Shown one piece after another: positions 51,701 to 63,700 of a stretch of DNA of 64,000 nt. Source of the DNA: an uncultured Candidatus Melainabacteria bacterium (GTDB lineage Bacteria > Cyanobacteriota > Vampirovibrionia > Gastranaerophilales > Gastranaerophilaceae); contig CANNUY010000001.1 of the NCBI GenBank assembly GCA_947525005.1, positions 321,379 to 385,378 of the forward strand. The letters are read 5' to 3'. Position numbers and translations under genes: made by a program. The notes beneath the pieces were generated by a model. That model was not told the DNA's origin. It was given only the letters and a program-made list of their open reading frames with translations, and did not search any database. Numbering within the stretch: the first letter of the stretch is position 1; the number at the start of each line of letters is the position of its first letter.

Positions 51701-54700
51701 GATAGTTATATAGTTTATAATGATACATTCTTAGGTACAAAAGGTATCAGAGAAGCTAAATATGAAGGTTCTGCTGCAAATGATAGTGTTGAAATATTTA
51801 TAAAAGAACAAAAAGATGCCTTGAATGAAATCTCTATAACAGAAACTTCTAAACAAAGAGTATTCCAATTTAGAGCATATCCTGATGTAGACAATCAAGA
51901 CCCTGATGCACCAGTTACTGAGTATGTTTATAATATGACTCAAAATCTTGGTGTTGTTACAGCTGGTAAATTAAAGGTTCAAGGTTTAGATAAGACAAAC
52001 TCAATCATTGATGCAACAAATGTTGATACAAATGACAGATATTCAATGTTTATGCTTTCTAATGCTACAGAATTTGTCCTTTCTGATGTAACAATTAGAA
52101 ACGCAATTTCATCTATACCAAGCTATAATACATCAGTTCTTATGGTTTTAAATGCAGGTGCAAACGCAACTGTTAAGAATGTAATCTTTGAAGATAATGA
52201 AGGTTATGCAGTATATGTCAATGATGGTGTTGCGAAGTTTGATTCTGTAACATTTACAGCTCCTCAAACAGCAGATGCTGATAATACAAATAACTCAATC
52301 TATGTTTACAGTAATAAAGCTACATTAAACATTGATGGAACAAACGTATTTGGAACAATGATAAGAAATGTTTCTGGTACAGTGAATGTCAACGGTGCAA
52401 ACGAATTTGGTGCAAATATTTTGAACACTTCTGGTACTATGAATTTTGATGGCGTAAATACATTTAACGCATCAATCTCTAACACTAGAAATGGTAATAT
52501 TACTATGCAAGGTAAAAACATCTTTACTGGATTAACCGGTGAAAATGGTTCTGCGATTTCAAACATTGCTTCAACATTGAATATTTCAGGTAATACTACC
52601 TTTAAAGGTAACACTGCTAACCAATTTGGTGGTGCAATCTATTTAGGTAGCTCATCTACTGCAAATATAAATGCAGATTTTGGTGGTTTGAATGCTGGTG
52701 ATGGCAACACTGCTGAACGAGGTGGTGCAATCTATATTGATACAGTGAAAAATGTCGTAATTTCTAGTAACTTTATCAACAATACGGCTAATCAATTAGG
52801 TGGTGCTATCTATTCTAATTCTGATTTTACAATTGCTGCGTTAGATGACACAGAAATAACCTTTAGTGGAAACACTGCAAACGGTGTATCTAATGCTATT
52901 TACATGGATAACCCAATTTCAACAATCCCTACAATTACATTTAATTTGTCTGGTACAAGTTCAATGACTTTCTATGACATAGTTACAGGTTATGAAGCAG
53001 CTACTCCTATTAATAGATTTAATATTAATATCACTAACTCAACAGCTGAAGGTATTGATAATAATCCTACCGTTAATTTCTATAACTATGTAAATAATGC
53101 AAATATTACAATTGATGATATAGCAGTTACGTTTGATGCTTCAAAAGCATTGATAACAGGCACTACTTCTGATGACGATAAGAAAACAATCTCTCAAGAT
53201 TTCTTGAAAAATTCATCAATTAAGTTGGTTTCTGGTCAATTGACTTTGAACACAGTTACTCTTAACAACTATTCAAAAAATACTGCACTAAATACATTAC
53301 TTGTAACACCAACTGATGATATTGTTCAAACTGTGATATTGAATAATTCATCTGTGAAACTATCAAATGAATTATCTGTTACAAATACTGTTGATAACAC
53401 ATATTTCGGTAAACTTTCTTCAAATAATACAGAATACAGTATCGATGTTGTTCTTGTAGGTGAAGGAGATTATCATTTTGATTATGACGGTACACTTGTT
53501 GTAACTAAAGGAAAAGAGAACGCTGCTGACACAATTGAAGTTCTAGCAGGTTCAAATGGTACTGTTTTATTGACATCTATCAACTTTATTAACGAAAATC
53601 AAACTAATCAAGGTATAATCCAAATATTGAAGGGTGATTTACAAAATTCTAACATTACATTAGAATTAAGTGATGCTTTGAAAGACAAAACTTGGGATTA
53701 TTCAATCGATAAATACGTTGTAGATAATGTTAATGACGTAGTATCAGTTATATATACTGATTTCATTGGAACAAAAGGTTTAAAACTTGCTCAATACGAC
53801 AAAAATTTAAAAGATGGTATTTTTGATGCTATTGAAATTACTTCTACTGAACCATCACTTGATTTGTTGGCTACAATTAACCAAGGTTGGTCATCAGATA
53901 AGACATTTATGCATAAAGTAAGAAATTTCAACTTTACATTAGCTTATGATATGGAATTATACAGATTAACTGCAAATTCAGGTGAAACTGGTACTGGTGA
54001 AGTTACAATCAGTGGCTATGCAGGTAGAAAAGATATTTTAGATGCTATGGGTGAATATTCAATGTTCATAGTTAAGCAACAAGGTGTTACATTGAACTTG
54101 AATAACGTAATTATCCAAAATGCTGTTATGAACGATAAAGCAGATAAGTCAGAAAATGCATCTGTTCTTGATATTACAGCAGAAGATGCAGTAATTAATT
54201 TGAATAATGTAACTTTCAGTAATATTGGTGGAAACGCAATTTATAATGCAGGTGTTGTAAATGCTAAAAATGTAACTTTTGTACCAGTTGACGCTGATAA
54301 TAATAATGTTGGTGGTGGCGTAATCGTTAATAATGGCGATATGAATGTTATCGCAGGCACAAATAAATTCGGTTCAAGTATTATCAATAATCTTCAATGG
54401 AATTTTGGTTCTGTTACTAATGTTGATAATATTGAAAACATCATTGATGGCTTGTTTACAAACAATGCTACAGTTACTTCATATCAGTTCGTAACGACAA
54501 CTTATAATGGTGGTATTATTGCAGGAAATAACGCTACATTTAATTTTGGTGGTGTTGATATATTAAATTCTTCATTATCATTAGCAAATGCTGCTACTGC
54601 AATATTAAATATCATGGGTGATGTTACAGTTACTCAAAATTCTGGTATAACTGATGACAACTTTATTGTTAATGTTGTTGCAAACGGTGTATTGAATATT

Positions 54701-57700
54701 GTTGGTTCAGAAGTTGATATCAATTTAGCAACTAATGATATTTGGGAAGCTAATGGTAAGATAACATTAAGAAATTATGTTGACCTTGCTGATGAAAACA
54801 ATAATTCAACAGGTTACTTGAAATATATCGGTAAAGATGTTGGTGGAAACAACGGTATATTAGTAGCTGAAAGTGGTAAATTTGAACTTGTTGAAGGTGT
54901 ATTCGATTATGAAGGTACTTCTTCTATAGCTGATACAGTTGATATAGTTTTGACAGGTGGCAATTTGAACTTGAAGAAAAACGGTATAACTCTTTCAGCT
55001 GGCGATGTTTGGACAACTAACGGTAATGTAGTTTTAGATGATGGTATTACTGTTACTGTAGCAAATGGAATAAATAATGGTGGTGATTTAGAATTAACTG
55101 ATAATTCTACTATTGCAACTGAATTCGCAACATCTAATTTTGTAAATGACGGTGCAAATATTATTGTTAAGACTGATGAATCAGAAATTTATAAAGGTAT
55201 TTATACTCAAAAATCAGGTTCATTAAATGTTATAAACGATGGTAATCTTACTGGTAAAATCTTTGGTGAAAAAGACGGTAATCACGCATTGAAAGATATT
55301 CAAGGTGGTAGTGTTACTGTAAATTATACTGGTGCAAAAACAGAAACTTATGATGCAACAATTGATTACGGAAACATCAAGTTAGGTTCTAATACTCAAT
55401 TAACAAACATAACTTATGGTGGTCTTATCAATTCTGAATTATTAAGCTTTGCAGGTGATTCTGCAACTGCTACTTTCACAGGTATCACAACTGATGATGT
55501 ATATTCATTGAACGCAATTGATTCTCCAAACGGTGTGAATACAATCAAGTTCTTAGGTTCAGAAAAATTATTTACAAACGTATTATTATTAGATACAGAC
55601 TATGCAACAACAAATTATATCTTTGAAAACTCTGTTGTAAGCTTTAAAAATGGTAATATTCCTGCAACAAACGACAAAGTTGGAGTTGTTGTTCTTAGTC
55701 AATACCACTTCTCAACATTATCTTCTAATAATTCATTGTTTGAAATTGATGTAGATTTGGCAAAATCATTGGCTGACACAATTAAGATTGATTCTATTGT
55801 TAATGATAGCTTTGATAATATAATTAAGTTATCTAATATTAACTTCATCAACCCTGCTCAACACGATAGTGCAGTAATTAAGGTTCTTGTAGACAAGATT
55901 GACGGTGTTACTCTTGCATTGACAGACGATATGGCTGCAAAAACTTGGGTTTATGGTGTTGATGCAACAAGATTATTTAATGATGGTACTAATGATGTTG
56001 TAAGAATTACAAATGGTGACTTCTTAGGTACTAAAGCTATTAGATTGGTTAATTCAAATGACTTAACTTCACAAGATTCATCAACATTCGATAGTATTCA
56101 AATATACAATAGTATAACTTTAGATATTTTGAACGAAATAACAAAATTTGATACACCTAATAACTTAGATGGTAAAGATGTATTCTCAAGACAGTTTGTA
56201 TTCACTGATATCAATAGTAATTATAATATGACAATGAGTCTTGAAACTGTTGGTAGTGGACGATACGACATTGTTGGTGTTGTAAAAGCTGATGCACCAT
56301 ATTCAGTGATTGATGCTGGTGTTGATACAAACTATTCTATGTTTGATATAACAAAAGTTACTCAAATGTATGTAAATGACGTTCAATTCAAAAATGCTGG
56401 ATTGATTGCTGACAAAGATGCTTCTGTATTCAATATAGAAAATGTTGATAGTAACGTATATTTAACAAACGTAAGATTTACTGATAACAAAGGTTATGCA
56501 GTTTCAAACAAAGGAACTTTGGTTTTAGATAACGTAATCTTTGACGCTCCAAATGCCACTGATAATGAGGGTAATGCTATCTATAATGAAGGTACAATAT
56601 ATACTTCATTGATAGTTAAAAATGGTAGAATTGAACTTAATTCTGTGGTTGAAAATATTGGAGAAATTAACTTAGGTGGCGATGTATACTTGAATAACAC
56701 CATCAAGGGTAAAGACGGAAAATTAAACATTGGATATAATACAAATGTTAATGGTGTAGCAACTGATATCTCATCAAAATTATATGTAGGAGCAGGAGCT
56801 ATTGTTACGGGTGACCAAGTTGTTAATCTTGCAGAAGGTTCATTGATTGATAACGCAGGTAATGTTTATTTGAACATTGGTGATACTTGGAACGGTGAAA
56901 TAAATAATACTGGAACAATTGAAATTGAAGGTGTTGAAGCTGGTGCTGTTTCAACAATCAATGCAACAGCTGGTACTGTTTCTATAAGAGATGTATTATT
57001 AAACGATGTACTTCATCACAGTTCAATCAATGTAATAAGTACTGATGATAAAGCTCGTACAATTGCAAAAGAGGTTGTATTATCACTTGATGAAAATTCA
57101 GTTATCAATTTGACTGGTACAGCTGTAAATAATGCTTCTGTATATATTGATAGTGCTGATAGCTGGGCTGGTTTTATTGCTCTTAAAAATGAACATACAT
57201 TGTTAACAATAGATGGTGTAACATCAAATGGTAAGATTTTAGCAACTGCAGGTAATATCAATATTTTAGGTGCTAGCACAATCTCACTTGATGAAAATTC
57301 AGAAATAAATAATGTTACAAATATAAGTCTAACTGATAACAGTAGTTTAGAATGGAAAAACCATAAAGCAGATAAAAAATTAGTATTCTCAACGGGTGAT
57401 AGTTGGAATAATGCCACAATTAAACTTGTAAACGCTGATTTAGAAATGGCATCAGGTTTGAATAATGGCGCAACAAACTTTGTATTCAATACTAATAACG
57501 TATTATCAGGTGATAGTGATTCACAATTCACAAACAAAGATTTAGATTTAACAATCGATGCTGATGAATCAGTATTTGGTGGAAAATATGTTCAAGATGG
57601 TGGAAATCTTGTTGTTAATGCTACTGGAAAAATGTTTGGTGGCGAAAGTTCTATCAATAGTGGTTCTGTAACTATTACAAGAGATGGAGTTATCGATTAC

Positions 57701-60700
57701 TCAAATATTATTATGAACGGTAATAATACAACATTTACAAATATTGCAACTTCTAATAATGGAGGTATTGTAAATTCTGATGTTGTATCACTTGGTAATG
57801 CAGTGGCTGGTGTGGATATCAAGTTTACTTCTACATCAAATACTGAATACGTATTAACAGGTGGAATTGAAAATGGTTATAGAAACAACGTGACATTTGA
57901 AAATTCACGTGTATATCTTGGCAAATTCCAATCTTCTGATAATGACTATGATATTTCTGGTCAAACTGTTTATAAGTTCACAAATTCTATAATTGATTTA
58001 ACTGCAGGTTTAGGTGATAACAAAGGTTATATCAATGATTATAGATTTGGTAATATGCAATTAGATAGTCGCTCTAGTTATGTAATTAGTTTTGACTTGT
58101 TTAATATTAAGTCAGATACTTTGACATTTGATGCAAATATGATTGATACAACTACAGAAGGTACAGTATTGATTTCAAAAATCAACTATTTATTACCTGA
58201 TGCAACAACAGAAGCTGGTGATAGAGTTGTTAGAGTGTTGTTTGCAAATGACGATAGAAACTTGAAACTTGGTAAGGATGTTCAAACAAGATTTGTATAT
58301 GATGTAACAAATGATATTACCTTCAATCAGTTCATTGGCTCAAAAGAATTGTCATTGGCTAAATCAGATGGAAATAATAATTATGACAGCTTGTTATTGA
58401 GAATTGCTGATAGAAAAGACGCACTTCAAACGTTGAATATGAAAAAATTTGACGGTACAAATATTAGAAACTTTAATTTTGTTGATTTGTACGATACAGA
58501 TGTTGATGGATATCAAACATATACATTGATAGGTAATACAGGTAATTCAGTTCGTGGCACATTGAATGTAAACGGTAAAATTCGTGGCACAAAAGACGAT
58601 ACAGTACTTTACGATGTGATTAATGCTGATAATAAATATTCAATGTTTGTATTGTCAGAAATAGGTATTATATTAAACATCAATAACGTAAATATTAGAA
58701 ATGCAGTTATGAATGCAGGTCAATATTCATCTAGATATGCTTCTGTACTTGATATTATTCACGAATCAGCAAGAGTGACATTGAACAATGTTGTATTAAC
58801 AAACAATGGTGGCACTGCTATTTATAATGCTGGTACATTGAATATGAATGGTGTTAAGATTGATGCTTCTGCAAACGGAAATACTGTATCAAACAAAGGC
58901 ACAATTAATATTGCTAATTATACATTCACTAATGACTTAGGTAATGAAAGTTATATAGCATTTGATAACTATGATGGCGAAGATATTAGAAACGTATTAA
59001 ATTCTGAAATTACAAACACTGGTGAAATTAACTTTAGTGCTGATTCAACAACATTAGTAGGCGCTAATATCTTAGGAACTGGTACATTGAATGTTAATGG
59101 ATTGCTTGTATTGAAGGGCACTGATATAACACCTGTTTCTATTGATGATTTACAATCAGTAAATATCTTGGCTGGTGCAAGATTAGTTATGGATAAAGCA
59201 AGCTTGACAATGTCAACAGGCGATTTGTTAAGTGCAGGTGCTACTGTTAAATTGATTGATTCTACATTCAAATTCACTGAAATAGAATCAACAGACGTTA
59301 ACTTGTTTGCACAAAGTGGTAAATTAGTATTAGATAAGAAAGCTAAATTGTCATTGACATCAAATTCTACAATTTCTGATGAAATGGTTGTTGAATTGAT
59401 TAATGGTCAATTGACATTAAATTCAACTACAGTTGGCGATAATGTTGTTGGAACAGAACTTAAACTTGCTCAAAATGACAAGATGACTTCTGATTCAAAA
59501 GTTATTTTAAACGGTGTTGGCACATCTTTAACTTTAGAAAAAGGTGTTAATGGTAATGATAAAGTTGAATTAACAAATACTAATATTCTAGGTACAGGTA
59601 CTTTAAATAACAATGGTATAAATATTGTTATTTCATCTGATGAAGCTAACGCATTTACAGGTGCTTATTATCAATATGGTGATAGCACAACTGCAAGATT
59701 AGATATATTAAGTAATGTTCAAGCTGATAGAGAAACATCAAACGTATTTGGTGGAAAGAAATACATCAATAGTGGTGATGTGAATATTGAAAGAACATTC
59801 GGTATTAACTATAAAGACTTCATCTTGGGTGATGGTGTTAGATTTACAAACAACTCATTGACTGCAAATGGTGGTATTGTTGATAATTCAGTAATAACAT
59901 TGAAAGGCAATAATATAACTGCTTTGTTTGGTAAATCAGTAAATGCTCCAAGTACTGTTGAAAGAGTAAATTATACATTGACTGAAAACATTTTCTCTAC
60001 TGATGAATATGGTAATACTGATGGACATAACTATAATACTATTCAATTCAAAGATGCGGTAGTTACATTGGGTATATTTGATTATGCAACTGATGGTAAA
60101 GGTACTGATATTTATACAAATTATAAGTTTACAAACTCTGTAATTGATTTGAAAAATGCATCATTTGATGAATACAGATTTACAAGTTTGGTATCAGATA
60201 ATTCATTTATTACATTAGATTTAGATTTTGCAAATGGTAAGAGTGATACATTAAGATTAGGTAACACATCTCAAGGTGTTCTTACGATTTCTGATTATAA
60301 TGTTAACTTAAGACAAGAAGATAACGGAACTGTATTACAAATATTGTTTGCAGAAAATAGTTCAATGAGATTACAATTATCTCAAGAATTAGCAAACAAA
60401 GGATATGATTTCACTATTTTGGGTAACGATTTTGAAGGCAATCGTCACGTTGTTGATAATGGTGATATCAGATATATCAAGATTTTGGCAAATGACTTTA
60501 TAGGTCAAAAGAAATTAGAAATTGTATCTCAAAATACAACAAACGATAGTATTAGAGTTTACAACAGCTTTGTAGAAGATGCATTAAAAGTTGTAAACAG
60601 ATACGATAATGGTGCTTATGGTTATGCACATAGAACATTTACATTCGACGGTGTATCTGATAATTACGTATATTATGTAAAAGAAGATGCAGGAAAAACT

Positions 60701-63700
60701 GCAAGTGGTGTATTTAACATTATCGGTCGTGAAGGTAGTAACGATGTATTAGATGGTGTTGGATATACTATTGTTAACGGTGTTGTTACAGAAAATACAA
60801 ATGTTTACCACTCATTGTTTGAAATTACAAACGCAAACACAACTTTGAATATTAGTAATGTAACTATTCAAAATATGGGTACAATTTCAGATGCTAAATT
60901 GATTTCAGCATTAGATATTGAAGCAACTGATGCGATTGTAAACTTGATAAATGTTAGATTGAATAATAACCAAGGTACAGCAATTTATAACAAAGGTAAC
61001 TTATCATTTACTAATGTAGAAATCGGTAGAGCAGGTGCTATAGGATTTGAAAATTCATTAGAAAACGCTGGTACATTGACTACATCTGGTAATAATACAT
61101 ATTATTCAAGCATAATCAACAATGGTACAATCGAAATTTCTGGTACAGATAATGTTTATAACTCAATTATCAGAACAGATGATTCAAAAGATGCAGTAAT
61201 CAGTGTTGTTGACACAGGTGTTCTTAATATGAACTCTGACGGTGCTTTGAAAGCTATTATTTCAGATAATATAATTGTTAATGTTTATGAAAATGCAACA
61301 ATAAATATCAATGGTGCTGATTTATCATTAAATACAGGTGATACTTGGACTGGTTCAATTTATTTGAATTCAGGTAGCTTGACTTATTCTGATTTACAAA
61401 CTAATGGTAATTTTGTAGCTCAAGGTGGTGTATTGACTTTGAATAATAATGCTATCTTGACAGTTAATTCTAAACAATTAAAATTGGCTGGTGACGAAAC
61501 AATTAAAGAAACAGAAAATGGTTATATTGCGTATGATGTTACTATTGCTGATGATGTAAATGTAATAATCAATGCAGGCACAATACTTAATGTTAAAGGT
61601 TACACAAAACCAGAAGCAGTTGGTGGTATCAACAGAGATGTTTTACATTACAATAAATTGACATTAGGTACTGGTGATGTTTGGGATGGTAAGATAGTAT
61701 TAGAAAAAGCATACTTGACTATTGCTAAGGGTGTTACATATTTAGGTGCTGATAATGACTTTGTATTTAATGACTATAATCATTTACAAGCAGATAGTTA
61801 TTCAGTATTTGAAAACAATGGTTTAAATATTACTTTGACAGCTGATTTTGGTACTAAGTTTACTGGTCGTTATGAACAAAACGGTAATGCTACAATGACA
61901 GTAACAAAAGACGGTGTATTGTTCGGTGGCATTAAGAATATCAATTCTGGCAAACTTATTATAACAACTCCAACTGATTCAGTTGATTTTGATGGTAATC
62001 CTGTTGTTTCACAAGGTATTAATTATGATAATGTAAATCTTGGTAGCAGTGTTGTATTTGAAAACTATGCTTCAACTATAATAGGTGGTAACATTACTAC
62101 AGATACAATTAGATTTGTTGGTGATAATGGTTCTGCATTATTCACAAATTCTTCAACACTAGATATTATCAATTTCGAATATGTAGTTGATAAAGAGTTT
62201 GTTGATGCAGATGGTCAAATATACTTGGTAACAGGTTATTTAGGATACTATGCAAAAGATGATGTTGATGGACAACATAAATATATAACTAATGATGATG
62301 GCACAGTTAAGATTGTTTATGACCCATCAGAAGAAAAAGTAACAACAGTAAATGGTTTTGTAAATTATGATTTAGATATTGTTTCATCAACTGGTGTTGG
62401 AAATGAAATTACCTTTAAAAATGCAAATGTTAGATTAACAGGAACTGTTCAAGACAAAATTGTTGATTATTCTGTTGGTGGAATTAAATACAACTTCTTG
62501 AACACATACCTTGATTTAACAGCTGATGACAACGCTTATACATACAAATTCGATTCAATAAATATTGGTGGTAAACAAGATTCTTCAATGAATTTGATTA
62601 TTGATATTTGTGCTGATAAATCAGAACTAGACAGTATTTATGTTGATGATAAAAATGCTGTTGGTATAATTTATCTTGCTGAAGTTAATTTGATTAGAGA
62701 TGTTGATGATCAAAGCCAAAACTTCCAAGAATTTACTAGAAAAGTTATCAAAGGTGATAACAAACTTGAATTAAAATTGTCAGATTATATTGATAATAAC
62801 GCTGGTATTTTGACAAAAACAATTAGTCAATATGATACAAGAGGCGTTTATGAAATGAATGTTCCTTGGAATGCTTATCTTGGTAAAATTCATATTTCAT
62901 TGGCATACTTAGATGAAAATGACAATGTAATTCAACCTGACGATCCTAAATATAGCGATAAAGCAAATGGTATCCGTGTAGCACAAATGTATACAAAAGA
63001 TTTGCTACGTGAATTATCAATGTACGAATCAAAAGACACTACAATTCCTTATAAAGTACGTAACTTGAACTTTACAAGTAGTGTTAGAGAACAAAAGATG
63101 ACATTGTTGGCAAATACCTCTGGTTATTTGAGAGATGATGCTGGTAATCTTGCTGATAAAGATGGCGAATTACTTCCAGAGGGTGCATCTCCTGTATTCA
63201 AAGGCGTTTCATCAGGCGTATTGAATATCAATGGTAAAGATTCTACACATAGTATAATTGATGCTTATGGAAATGTGATTTGTCACGATACAATAAGTAA
63301 TAAAACTTCTACTGATTCTAAAGGTAACGATACCATCACTGTATTATCAGAAGGCAAATATAGACATTCAATGTTTGTATTGAATGAAGAAACTAACTTG
63401 TCTATTAAATCTGTAACAATCCAAAATGCATACAGAGGTAACAAGACAACGTTTACTTATGATTACAAAGTTCTAACAGATCAAAACAAAAATGCATACG
63501 AAACAAGACACGTATACGACCAAGTATTGTATGAAGATTTCGATACAACGGGTGGTAAAGGTTCTGTTATTTATCAGTCAAATGCAAATTCAAAAATTTA
63601 TTTAGAAGATGTAGTAATTAAAAACAACGCTTCTTACGGTAATGGTGGTGCAATTTATGCAGCAAAAGGATTTACAATCAATGCTGTAAATGGAGATGTT

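Noticed and set aside
56990-57040. Apparent in-frame stop or frameshift in the giant ORF near 57032
   Set aside because: This arose from my own misreading of one base when copying the line. Re-reading the text (ttattaaacgatgtacttcatcac...) gives a continuous frame (…SIRDVLLNDVLHHSSINVISTDDK…). The frame was rechecked at 40016, 45002, 50102, 57002 and 63992.
34033-59277. Fifteen minus-strand ORFs of 60-173 aa listed inside the giant gene, for example 36352..36831 and 57016..57537
   Set aside because: They lie antisense to a continuous 30-kb plus-strand coding frame. Their translations are low-complexity mirror images (P/S/V/T/L-rich) of the sense-strand G/N/T/V/A-rich repeats. No start context, RBS or domain supports them.
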